The position numbers and the translations under genes were made by a program. The notes beneath the pieces are model-generated. The model was not told where the DNA came from. It made no database searches and saw only the letters and a program-made list of their open reading frames with translations. A stretch of DNA of 64,000 bases from Sphingobium sp. (GTDB taxonomy: Bacteria > Pseudomonadota > Alphaproteobacteria > Sphingomonadales > Sphingomonadaceae), in the NCBI GenBank assembly GCA_020446425.1, contig JAGRES010000011.1:9484-73483 (forward strand). Direction: 5' to 3'. Below, one piece after another: positions 24,868 through 33,848 of the stretch. Positions within the stretch are counted from its first letter, which is position 1. The number at the start of each line of letters is the position of its first letter.

Positions 24868-25686
24868 ATGGCACGCAAGCCTCGAAAGCCGACAGGAGAA
24901 ATTACCTCTCGTCCATTGGTTCTTCGTCCTGGTCAAGAGGCTCGACTAGGCTCCACTAAGTTATTTAAGTTGCCTGAAGTGAAGGCGCAGGCAGAGTTTA
25001 TAGTTATGCAGAAGACAATATCCTGTATGTCAAGCATGCCACTTTTGCCTAAAACCCCTATAAGTTTCACAAAGTTCCCTAAAGAAGAAGGCCCTGATTT
25101 CAATATAGCATTTTCAGATGGCTCCAATGGATATGCAGAAATTACTGAAATTGCCCCTCTCATGGGACCATATCAGGAGGCTCCTCGCTTCATTAATGTG
25201 GGGCAATATATACAGCATGTAAAAAAACTCGTTATGAGAAAGTGTAGAATTTATAATTCTAGAAAACTAAGTCCAATTATATTAATTCTATATGTTTCTC
25301 ATGATACTTTTATTCCTACACCAGAAATTGCAGAGGCGATTTCTTATAATATTTCTCATCTTAACTCGAATCCATTTTTATCAATTACATTAACTTTGTT
25401 TGGATACGATGGAAATCCTCTAGTTGTACAATTACTACCATCTCCGATTCATTTATATTCAAAACAATATAATGCAATCGAACATAAATCCATGGGCTTA
25501 ACATCAACCGCAGATATGGAAGTTGTTAAGGGAGGTATGAATAAAGATGGTTATGTTGATGCCGTCGTCCGTTTTAAATTTCCGGAAGGTACTCCTTCTG
25601 AGGTGGTGCAGCAGTATTTAAATGGAGAAAATATACCGGGGCCAATGCATTTCGATCTGGGCGATAATGTAGTGATTAAAAAATGA
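24868..25686 (+). CDS. hypothetical protein (272 aa), very AT-rich orphan
   Basis: Track ORF. The GPDFNIAF...YAEITEI segment is faintly PD-(D/E)xK-like but lacks the Lys. No family recognised. Confidence 0.55.
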   Translation: MARKPRKPTGEITSRPLVLRPGQEARLGSTKLFKLPEVKAQAEFIVMQKTISCMSSMPLLPKTPISFTKFPKEEGPDFNIAFSDGSNGYAEITEIAPLMGPYQEAPRFINVGQYIQHVKKLVMRKCRIYNSRKLSPIILILYVSHDTFIPTPEIAEAISYNISHLNSNPFLSITLTLFGYDGNPLVVQLLPSPIHLYSKQYNAIEHKSMGLTSTADMEVVKGGMNKDGYVDAVVRFKFPEGTPSEVVQQYLNGENIPGPMHFDLGDNVVIKK

Positions 25687-25689
25687 GTA

Positions 25690-27390
25690 TTATGCTCTTT
25701 TGATAGATTCGCGTTGCATAAGAACATTCATCTTGGAATTCATTTCAAAATGTGTTCGCTCACCGGTGAATGCATCAAATTCTGTGAAACTATAGGTCTT
25801 GTAAAGCACCATTATCTCAATGAACCGATTGGCATCTCCCAAATCAGTAAGAGTTAATCCTTCGAACATCTGATCAGGAATATCATCGCCCGGAGTGGGA
25901 AAGCTCCGTCCAATTTCAATGCGAGACACTAGCCTTCCGAGTTCAGAGGAAAATTTTCGTCGGAGAGCAGATCGCTCACTATCGGTGATGATGGGAGAGT
26001 TAAGGTTCTCGACGAGCGCTTTGTAATCAAGTCCTGATGACAGACTAAGATGCGCTAATTCCTCATCGGCAGTACGTTTGTCTCGTTGTATTTTTTCTAA
26101 GTCCAATTCCAGCCGTTTAAGTTTTGAGGAAAGCGCTTCCGAATATCCGCTCGCAGCGATAGCATCTGCTACATTCTCTAACTGCTTCTGAAGCTTCGCT
26201 TCCTTTGCATCCAGATCGACTAGTCTGAAACGTAATTCGGCGGTTTTTGCCATCCATGCAGGGCTATTGATAATGGCATCAAAGTTGATTGTAGTGAGCA
26301 ATCGAAACAGATGCGCTTCGACTATGTCGTATCGGAAGGCAGGACTCGAACAATCTTGTGTCAAAACTGCTCTGGAGCATCGGAGGTACCTACCCCCTTT
26401 AGGTGGCGGGCCTTTGTCAATGAACCGCATACCAGACCTGCAAGATTTGCATCTCAATAAGCCTGTAAAAAGGTTTGTGAAATTTCTTCCCTTACGGCCT
26501 TTTCCATTCACTTTGCGTCTAGCGATAGCGTTCTGAGCATCGGCAAATACCACCTCATCAATGATTGCTGGATAATAGCCGCAAATTGGTGGTCCATCAG
26601 GAGATCGGGGTTTATGAGATAGCCCTTTAGCTAGACGGTGAGGCTGATACTCACCCAAAACTGCCCGATTGGACAGAATTTTTTTAATATAGGATTCTTG
26701 CCAATGCCCACTGCGGCTCCAAGCGGGTATTCGCTGTTCATTCAAGTGTTTTGCAATGGAAAATGACCCCCAACCGCTTCCGCTAAGATCGAACATGTCT
26801 CTGATAATCTCAGCGCGCTCTTCAATGATTTCAATGGTTTGACCATCTTCTGAAAAGCGAAGCCAGCTTGGAATACGTTGCTTGGTAATATGACCAGCTC
26901 TTGCTGCTGTTCGCTTGTTCTCCCAGACTGCTCCTAACCTCATCGACTTGGTACGAGATTCTTCATGCGCTCGCATCAAAACCATGGCGGCCATAATCAT
27001 CGCCATGGGGTTTTTAGAAACAGTTTCTGCCGAATAAATTTGCTCATCAACTAGCGTTACGAGCACGATGCCGTATCCGACGATCTTATTTAGAAGAGAG
27101 ATGGCTTCTATAAGATTGGTGCGGGTTATCCGGTCCAATGACTCCACGATCAAGTAGCTACCTTTAGCTATCCTGCCTGCTTCGGCGAGATCAAGAAAGT
27201 TCGCCAATTTACCCATTTCTGCGTTTTCGCCTGCAAAAGCTGAAACACCACAATCATGCATGATGTCCATCAATTCTAGGCCATGTTTTTTGGCATAGTC
27301 CTCGGAAGCCTTCAGCTGGCGCCGAATGGAATCCCCCTTCATCTGTTCAAGCGTGGACATGCGAATATACGAATAAGCGTGCGGCATCAT
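25690..27390 (-). CDS. large serine recombinase (integrase of the island)
   Basis: MPHAYSYIRMSTLEQMKGDSIRRQ (resolvase catalytic Ser), a recombinase domain, Zn-ribbon CKSCRS...RYLRCS and a C-terminal coiled coil. The track ORF starts at 27411; the likely start is ATG 27390 or 27387. Confidence 0.9.
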   Translation of the reverse strand: MMPHAYSYIRMSTLEQMKGDSIRRQLKASEDYAKKHGLELMDIMHDCGVSAFAGENAEMGKLANFLDLAEAGRIAKGSYLIVESLDRITRTNLIEAISLLNKIVGYGIVLVTLVDEQIYSAETVSKNPMAMIMAAMVLMRAHEESRTKSMRLGAVWENKRTAARAGHITKQRIPSWLRFSEDGQTIEIIEERAEIIRDMFDLSGSGWGSFSIAKHLNEQRIPAWSRSGHWQESYIKKILSNRAVLGEYQPHRLAKGLSHKPRSPDGPPICGYYPAIIDEVVFADAQNAIARRKVNGKGRKGRNFTNLFTGLLRCKSCRSGMRFIDKGPPPKGGRYLRCSRAVLTQDCSSPAFRYDIVEAHLFRLLTTINFDAIINSPAWMAKTAELRFRLVDLDAKEAKLQKQLENVADAIAASGYSEALSSKLKRLELDLEKIQRDKRTADEELAHLSLSSGLDYKALVENLNSPIITDSERSALRRKFSSELGRLVSRIEIGRSFPTPGDDIPDQMFEGLTLTDLGDANRFIEIMVLYKTYSFTEFDAFTGERTHFEMNSKMNVLMQRESIKRA

Positions 27391-27419
27391 GCCACTGTAA
27401 ACACCTTCCATATAAATTC

Positions 27420-27442
27420 AATTTATTAGGATATAATATGCT
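27420..27442. repeat. attR: island-side P arm plus shared core AATATGCT
   Basis: AATTTATTAGGATATAAT (27420-27437) is inverted relative to 19266-19283. The core is at 27435-27442. Confidence 0.8.
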
Positions 27443-28313
27443 GATGTCAGGGCCGCCGGGCGCGGGCAAATCGCTGATGGCGAGTTGCCTGCCGGGGATA
27501 TTGCCGGACCTGACGCCCGCTGAGGCGCTGGAAGTTTCGATGGTGGCAAGCGTGGCTGGCACATTGGAGGGCGGGCGCATGACACGCGCGCGGCCTTTCC
27601 GCAGCCCGCATCACAGCGCGTCGATGGCTGCGCTGGTTGGCGGCGGTTTGCGGGTGAAACCGGGTGAGGTCAGCCTCGCGCATCTGGGTGTGCTGTTTCT
27701 CGATGAACTGCCGGAGTTTCAGCGCGCCGTATTGGATTCACTGCGCCAGCCATTGGAGACGGGCGAAGTCGCCGTCGCACGCGCCAACAGTCATGTTACC
27801 TTTCCCGCGCAGGTGCAACTGATTGCGGCAATGAACCCGTGCCGGTGCGGTCATCTGGGCGACGCGTCGCTGGCCTGCTCGCGCGCGCCGCGCTGCGCCG
27901 CCGATTATCAGGCCAAGCTGTCCGGTCCGCTGCTCGATCGCATCGACCTGCATGTCGAGGTCGGTGCCGTGAGCGCCAGCGACCTCAGCCTGCCGCCTCC
28001 CGCCGAGGGATCGCAGCAGGTTGCCGCACGCGTGGCGCAGGCGCGCGATATTCAGACGCGCCGTTATGCCCCCTATGATCTGCGTACCAATGCAGAGGCG
28101 GACGGCCTGTTGCTGGAAACCCTGTGCAAGCCGGAGGAGGCAGGACAGACATTGCTGGCCGATGCTGCCGCCACATTGAAGCTGACGGCGCGCGGTTACA
28201 CACGCGTTTTGCGCGTCGCGCGTACTATTGCCGATCTGGCAGGGGCGCAGACCATAGGGCGGCTTCATATCGCGGAGGCATTGAGCTATCGTCGGCGCGC
28301 TCCGGCTGGCTGA
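27438..28313 (+). pseudogene. comM: comM/yifB 3' fragment (AAA+ Mg-chelatase-like ATPase and C-terminal domain)
   Basis: MLMSGPPGAGKS (Walker A), VLFLDELPEF (Walker B) and the ChlI-like region. In frame with 18625-19262 once the island is removed. Confidence 0.9.
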
Positions 28314-28336
28314 GCTGGACGGAAGGGAGAAGCGAT

Positions 28337-28762
28337 ATGGACTGGATGCTCCTGCCCCTGCGGCGTTACGCAACCTTCGGTGGATGCTCGCGCCGCAAGG
28401 AATATTGGATGTACGCGCTGTTCCTGATGCTGTGCATGATCGGATTGCGCATCATTGAGGACATGTTCGGGTTCGAGACGATGGGCGAATATGCCTATCG
28501 CAATGGCCTGGAGCTGGGTGTGTGGGAAAAGGTCGAGGGTGGCAGGCTGGTAGGTCTGTTCGCGCTGGCGACGCTCATTCCCTCAATTGCGGTGGCGGTG
28601 CGGCGGCTGCACGATACGGATCGCAGCGGCTGGTGGATGCTGCTGGCCTTCATTCCGTTGATCGGTACGCTCTGGCTGCTGATCCTGATGGTGCTGCGCG
28701 GCACGCGGGGGCCGAACCGCTTCGGGCCGGACCCTGTCGGAATCGAACCGGACGGATATTAA
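28337..28762 (+). CDS. DUF805 (YhaH-like) inner-membrane protein
   Basis: RRKEYWMYALF and VAVRRLHDTDRSGWWMLL are DUF805 signatures. Start at ATG 28337. Confidence 0.8.
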   Translation: MDWMLLPLRRYATFGGCSRRKEYWMYALFLMLCMIGLRIIEDMFGFETMGEYAYRNGLELGVWEKVEGGRLVGLFALATLIPSIAVAVRRLHDTDRSGWWMLLAFIPLIGTLWLLILMVLRGTRGPNRFGPDPVGIEPDGY

Positions 28763-28777
28763 CGCAAGGCCGCCGGT

Positions 28778-29239
28778 TCAGGCGTTGGCGGCGTCTTCGC
28801 TTCCGCCACGCACCAGCTTGAGATCCGTGTTTGCCGCCGTACCGGCATTGCCGCGATGGGTGAAGCGGCCATCGACCTGGCTGCCCGGCGCGACCGATAT
28901 GCTCTCGTAAGTGACATCGCCGGTGATACGGGCTGTGGCCTCGACAACCAGTTCGCCTACATTGATCGAGCCCTCGATCTTGCCAGCCAGCCGCGCCGAG
29001 CGCGACGTGATCTGGCCCTTGATATGGCTGTCGGTGCCCTGCACCAGCGACGCGCATATGATGTCGCCTTCCACCTGGCCGTCGACATGCAGGTCGGTCG
29101 CGGCCTTGATGTTGCCGGTTACCGTGACGTCGCCGCCCAGTACGGAGAAAGTGGATTTACCCGCGCTCATCGGCTTTGACTGCTTTGGCGCCGACGCGGG
29201 CGAAGCGCTGTTTTGCGATTTGCTGGACCTTGAGAACAT
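28778..29239 (-). CDS. bactofilin (polymer-forming cytoskeletal protein)
   Basis: Beta-helical repeats VTVTGNIKAATDLHVDGQVEGDIICASLVQGTDSHIKGQITSRSARLAGKIEGSI. The alternative start ATG 29170 (MSAGKS) would still overlap the M23 gene by 14 nt. Confidence 0.85.
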   Translation of the reverse strand: MFSRSSKSQNSASPASAPKQSKPMSAGKSTFSVLGGDVTVTGNIKAATDLHVDGQVEGDIICASLVQGTDSHIKGQITSRSARLAGKIEGSINVGELVVEATARITGDVTYESISVAPGSQVDGRFTHRGNAGTAANTDLKLVRGGSEDAANA

Positions 29240-30368
29240 CTTCCTTCACCTCCAGGAAACGGCGGGGATTGATGGCATTGCCATTCAGGCGGACTTCGAA
29301 ATGCAGGTGCGTGCCGGTCGAGCGGCCGGTCGACCCCATGCGGCCCACGGTTGCGCCGCGCGTAACAGCCTGACCGGGGCGTACCGCGAAACCGGACAGG
29401 TGGGCATAGCGGGTCATGATGCCATGGCCATGGTCGATCTCGACCACCTTGCCATAGCCCTGACGCCGGCCGACATAGGATATGCGGCCTGCGGAAGCGG
29501 CGAGGATCGGCTGGCCGTAGCGCCCGCGAAAATCAATGCCAGCATGAAAGGCCGCACGGCCGTTGAATGGATCGCGGCGATAGCCATAGGAGCTGGTCTG
29601 CATCGGCGCCGCTGTCGGGCGGCCAGACGGAATGGATACCAGCCCGCGCTCCAGCGCATCGAGGCGGGATAGTGCATTGGCCAGATCGGCCAGCGCTTCA
29701 TCATGCGGTGCATCCGTTTTCGCCCAGGGGATGAACGGGCCACCCTGCTGCGCTGCTGCTGTGCCTGCAATCTGCTTGGGATTGAGGCCAAAGCTGCGAA
29801 TGGCGGCTTCCGCGCGCGCCGCGCGCTCATCAATAAGGCTCACCAGTTTTTTGGCGAACAGGGTCTGACGCGCTTCAACACCGCGAAGTTTGCGGATACC
29901 CAGCACATCCTTGCCGGTCGCGTCCGATGTCTTGGTGGCGTCGGTTTGCTTGCCGGTCTGTTCATCGGGCGCGCCCACAACATTGGGATCAATGCTGGTC
30001 GTGCCGAACTGGCTGCGCACCATATCGTCGAGTGCGTCCTGACGGCGGCTAAGGTCGGCGGCGATATCGCTGACGGAGCGTTTGTAGGCCTTTACCTTGC
30101 TTGCTTCGGCTGCGACGCTCTTGGCCTTGGCGTCGATGGCGGCGCGATCCTGCGCGACGGTTGCCTGATCGTAGAGCATGCTGAGCGTACCGATCAGCCA
30201 CGCGCCAAGCAGCGCCACCACCAGCGAGGCGATGACGATCTGCACAGTCGAACTGATGCGCACGAACGTCACCCTTCCCTGGGTGCGGAAATACACTTCC
30301 TTATCGGCGAAGATTTTTGCCATCCGCTCTTTTAGCTGAGCGGACATACCCTCTCTGCTCGTTGGCAC
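29157..30368 (-). CDS. M23-family metallo-endopeptidase with N-terminal TM anchor and coiled coil
   Basis: FHAGIDF (HxxxD) and HLHFEVR (HxH) motifs. GTG start at 30368 or ATG at 30347. Confidence 0.88.
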   Translation of the reverse strand: MPTSREGMSAQLKERMAKIFADKEVYFRTQGRVTFVRISSTVQIVIASLVVALLGAWLIGTLSMLYDQATVAQDRAAIDAKAKSVAAEASKVKAYKRSVSDIAADLSRRQDALDDMVRSQFGTTSIDPNVVGAPDEQTGKQTDATKTSDATGKDVLGIRKLRGVEARQTLFAKKLVSLIDERAARAEAAIRSFGLNPKQIAGTAAAQQGGPFIPWAKTDAPHDEALADLANALSRLDALERGLVSIPSGRPTAAPMQTSSYGYRRDPFNGRAAFHAGIDFRGRYGQPILAASAGRISYVGRRQGYGKVVEIDHGHGIMTRYAHLSGFAVRPGQAVTRGATVGRMGSTGRSTGTHLHFEVRLNGNAINPRRFLEVKEDVLKVQQIAKQRFARVGAKAVKADERG

Positions 30369-30441
30369 TGCGACCCCATATAATTGTTGCGCCCCGGCAC
30401 AAGCCAGACTTGCGCCGTTAACAAAGCTTAATAGGGGAGGC

Positions 30442-30542
30442 GAATCGAACCGTTAAAAGCGGGATGAATCGAGCTGGACTCAGGTTGAATCGTTAATATT
30501 TGCCGGAACAAACGTGAAATTGGCCCTGTTTTCATGCGAATC
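30442..30542. promoter_or_regulatory. cluster of five GANTC (CcrM methylation) sites upstream of the M23/bactofilin operon
   Basis: GAATC at 30442, 30466, 30487 and 30538, and GACTC at 30477, all within 101 bp of intergenic DNA. Confidence 0.5.
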
Positions 30543-30603
30543 GCTGAACCTTTTGCACCATTGGAATTACCGGAAAATTAAGCATATTCTCGCGGAAAAC
30601 CTG

Positions 30604-30638
30604 CAAAAAAAGAGGCGCCGAAATCAGATCCGGCGCCC
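30604..30638 (-). terminator. Rho-independent terminator of the MCP gene
   Basis: On the minus strand, GGCGCCG-gatctgattt-CGGCGCC is followed by TCTTTTTTT. Confidence 0.75.
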
Positions 30639-30671
30639 CAGTTGCTGTGCCTCGGTAAAGTGAAATTCCGC

Positions 30672-32540
30672 TCAGCTCGCGATCGCGTAGGGTTCCCCCT
30701 CGTCGCGATCTTTGGCCTGGCTGCCGGAACCGGTGGTTGGCCCCGGCTTGGGCTCGGCGATGCTGGCCGCCGCTGCAGCCTGCTGCATACGGCCCTGAAT
30801 GTTGACCTCATTGTCGGGCATATCAATCTGGAAGTTGCCGACCAGCCGCGCGAGCGACACCGCTTCGTTGGCCAGGTTGCGGGCCGATGCGGTCGATTGC
30901 TCGACCATGGCCGCGTTCTGCTGCGTCATACTGTCCATCTCGCCGACCGCACTGTTGACCTGCACCAGCACGAGCGATTCTTCCTCGACCGAGCTGGCGA
31001 TCTCGTTCATGAGCTTTGTGATTTCGCTCACGCGCTCGACGATATGATCGAGAGTCTCGCCTGCCTGCCCGACAAGCCGCACGCCGTTTTCGACCTGTGA
31101 TGCGCTTGATGTGATGAGCTTCTTCACATCATTGGCGGCGTCTGCCGTGCGCTGGGCCAGCCCGCGCACCTCGGCGGCAACGACGGCGAAGCCATCGCCC
31201 GCCTCACCCGCGCGTGCAGCTTCAACCGCGGCGTTGAGCGCGAGCAGGTTGGTCTGGAAGGCGACATTGTCGATCAGCGCGATGATCTGGCTGATCTGCT
31301 TGGAGCTCTGTTCAATCTCGTCCATCGCGGAAATGGCGTCATGCACAATCTCGCCGCCCTTGGTCGCCGCGTCATGCGTGTCGCGCACGGCTTGATTGGC
31401 GTTCTTGGCTGCATCGGCCGTCTCTTTTACGGAGGACGTTGCTGTCGTCATCGACGCCGATGTTTCCTCAAGAGCAGCGGCCTGCTGCTCGGTGCGGATC
31501 GACAGGTCGTTAGACGCCTGTGCGATTTCACCGGTGCCGATCTGGATCTGGTCCGATGCCTCGGAAACGGCGCGCAGGGCGCTGCCGACGGCCGTCAGTG
31601 CGGAGTTGAAGTCCATGCGCAGGTCTTCATACTGACCGGCGAACTGGTCCTCGATGCGATAGCTGACATTGCCGTTGGCGAGGTGGCGCAATGCGATGCT
31701 GAGCGATTCGATAATCTTGTTGCGCTCCACCTGCTGCTGTTTGCTGACTTCCTCCAGCGCGCGTTTGTCGACTTCCGCCTGACGGAAGGCCACGAGCGCA
31801 CGGGCCACATCGCCCATTTCGTCGGCGCGCAGGTCTCCCTTGATCGGCGTAGAAAGGTCGCCGCCCACCATCGCGCGCATGGTTGTCGCGGTCTGGGCTA
31901 GCGGTTTTGCGACCCGGCTGAGCATTATCCAGCAGAAGGTGCCGACACCAGCGACAATCAGTACGGCCAGGACGCTGAGAATGGTGATGGCCGATCTGGT
32001 GGATGATTGCGAGGTATCGACCAGCTCACCCTGATATGCCGTGATGTGGGTTACCGCCTTGTCGATGGCCTTGCGGTGATCGCGGTAAAGCGGCGTGATA
32101 TATAGGTCCTTGACGCGTGCGGCTCTCTCGCGGTCGCCGGCCTTTAGGACGGGGATGAGCCTTGCATCAACTTCTCTCCACATCTTGTCCGAATGTTGCC
32201 ACGCGGCATTCAGCTCGTTCTTGATGGCGTCGGAAAGCGTGCTTTGCTGCCACAGGTTGCGCCGCTCCTTATACTCTTTTTCAAGAGTGGCCAGACGCTG
32301 CATATGAATTTCAAGCCGTTTCGGTTCCTCGATCGCGAGCGTTGCTTCGAGATAGCCTTCAATAACAAATGCCGGGGGCGGCAGGATATCGGCCATCAGT
32401 TCGGCTGCCTGCCGGTTGCTGGTTTCCAGCGGCCCGCCGATGCGGATCTTGTTGATGTCGTAAAAGGCGATGGCGCCACCGACGCCGATCAGCAGCAGCA
32501 GCGCCAGCGCGCCATAACGAATGAGGTTGCGAATGGTCAT
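30672..32540 (-). CDS. methyl-accepting chemotaxis protein
   Basis: TM helix, periplasmic domain, HAMP, and the conserved signalling hairpin [35 protein letters not shown]. Start trimmed to ATG 32540 ([17 protein letters not shown]). Confidence 0.88.
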   Translation of the reverse strand: MTIRNLIRYGALALLLLIGVGGAIAFYDINKIRIGGPLETSNRQAAELMADILPPPAFVIEGYLEATLAIEEPKRLEIHMQRLATLEKEYKERRNLWQQSTLSDAIKNELNAAWQHSDKMWREVDARLIPVLKAGDRERAARVKDLYITPLYRDHRKAIDKAVTHITAYQGELVDTSQSSTRSAITILSVLAVLIVAGVGTFCWIMLSRVAKPLAQTATTMRAMVGGDLSTPIKGDLRADEMGDVARALVAFRQAEVDKRALEEVSKQQQVERNKIIESLSIALRHLANGNVSYRIEDQFAGQYEDLRMDFNSALTAVGSALRAVSEASDQIQIGTGEIAQASNDLSIRTEQQAAALEETSASMTTATSSVKETADAAKNANQAVRDTHDAATKGGEIVHDAISAMDEIEQSSKQISQIIALIDNVAFQTNLLALNAAVEAARAGEAGDGFAVVAAEVRGLAQRTADAANDVKKLITSSASQVENGVRLVGQAGETLDHIVERVSEITKLMNEIASSVEEESLVLVQVNSAVGEMDSMTQQNAAMVEQSTASARNLANEAVSLARLVGNFQIDMPDNEVNIQGRMQQAAAAASIAEPKPGPTTGSGSQAKDRDEGEPYAIAS

Positions 32541-32893
32541 GATGCGTGTCTTCCCGCGTTCCGTTTGGTTAATTATAGGAAGAGGTGCGACGGATCGGGT
32601 TCGTGCGGGCAAATTTTCATATGCGTGGTCCACAGCCCAGCATTGGCTTGACCAGTGGCATGCGCGCAGCTATAGCGCGCCCTGCCTTGCGGCCAGTAGC
32701 CGTGAATCGACGCTTTTCCATGAAATGCCGGTGATTCTCTGGATGCGACAAGCAGGCATATTTTAGAGCTGAACATTGCCGGTTCATCTTTTCGGTCCAG
32801 GGGGTCATTCGACTGCCGGGGCCGTTGCTGTTGTAAAAACAGCAGCCCGAAAAGGGAGACCGGTAAAGTAACTATGCAAAGGTGAAGGGCTTC

Positions 32894-33265
32894 ATGCCAA
32901 CGATCAATCAATTGGTCCGTAAGGGCCGTGTACCGCAGAAGGCCAAGTCAAAGGTCCCTGCAATGGAACAGAACCCGCAGAAGCGCGGCGTCTGCACCCG
33001 TGTTTACACCACCACCCCGAAGAAGCCGAACTCCGCGCTTCGCAAGGTCGCCAAGGTGCGCCTGACGAACAGCCGCGAAGTCATCAGCTACATTCCGGGC
33101 GAAGGCCACAACCTGCAGGAGCACAGCGTTGTGCTGATCCGCGGCGGTCGTGTGCGCGACCTTCCCGGTGTGCGCTACCATGTGCTGCGCGGCGTGCTCG
33201 ACACGCAGGGCGTCAAGGACCGCAAGCAGAGCCGTTCGAAATACGGCGCGAAGCGTCCGAAGTAA
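32894..33265 (+). CDS. rpsL: 30S ribosomal protein S12
   Basis: [25 protein letters not shown]... Start moved to ATG 32894. Confidence 0.97.
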   Translation: MPTINQLVRKGRVPQKAKSKVPAMEQNPQKRGVCTRVYTTTPKKPNSALRKVAKVRLTNSREVISYIPGEGHNLQEHSVVLIRGGRVRDLPGVRYHVLRGVLDTQGVKDRKQSRSKYGAKRPK

Positions 33266-33283
33266 GAGAGGGGAGATAAAGAT

Positions 33284-33754
33284 ATGTCACGTCGTCGTCG
33301 CCCCGAAAAGCGCATCATCCTGCCGGATCCGAAATTCAAGGATCAGGTGCTTTCGAAGTTCATGAACAGCGTCATGCTGGACGGCAAGAAGGCTGTTGCG
33401 GAATCCATCGTCTATGGCGCGCTCGACCAGGTCGAAGCCAAGGCGAAGAAGGACCCGATCCAGCTTTTCCATGATGCTCTCAACAATGTGAAGCCGGGCA
33501 TCGAGGTCCGCAGCCGCCGTGTCGGTGGCGCCACCTATCAGGTGCCGGTCGAGGTTCGCCCCGAACGTGCGCAGGCTCTGGCCATCCGCTGGCTGATCTC
33601 GGCTGCGCGCGGACGCAGCGAAACCACGATGGCAGCCCGCCTGTCGGGTGAGCTGATGGATGCGGCCAACAATCGCGGCAACGCCGTGAAGAAGCGCGAA
33701 GATACGCACCGCATGGCCGAAGCCAACCGCGCCTTCTCGCATTACCGCTGGTAA
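33284..33754 (+). CDS. rpsG: 30S ribosomal protein S7
   Basis: [28 protein letters not shown]... Confidence 0.97.
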   Translation: MSRRRRPEKRIILPDPKFKDQVLSKFMNSVMLDGKKAVAESIVYGALDQVEAKAKKDPIQLFHDALNNVKPGIEVRSRRVGGATYQVPVEVRPERAQALAIRWLISAARGRSETTMAARLSGELMDAANNRGNAVKKREDTHRMAEANRAFSHYRW

Positions 33755-33848
33755 TAAAAATATAACATGGCCGGGGCATTGCCCCGGCTTTTCCTCTCTG
33801 ATGCAACCGCCGCCCCGGATGACCCGCGCCGGCAATGGAGTATAGATC

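Larger units (their letters stand above)
19263..27442. mobile_element. 8.2-kb integrated genomic island in comM (large-serine-recombinase element)
   Basis: Splits comM in frame. 8-bp shared core at both junctions, palindromic reconstructed attP, and a serine recombinase gene abutting attR. GC is visibly lower than the flanks. Confidence 0.88.

Noticed and set aside
24868-25686. A PD-(D/E)xK nuclease call for the 272-aa orphan.
   Set aside because: Only a PD...E-I-T fragment is visible and the catalytic Lys is missing, so this is insufficient for a feature call. It is mentioned only as a hypothesis.
30418-30431. A CtrA-box-like TTAA-caaagc-TTAA upstream of the M23 gene.
   Set aside because: The spacer is 6 nt, not the 7 nt of the TTAA-N7-TTAA consensus.
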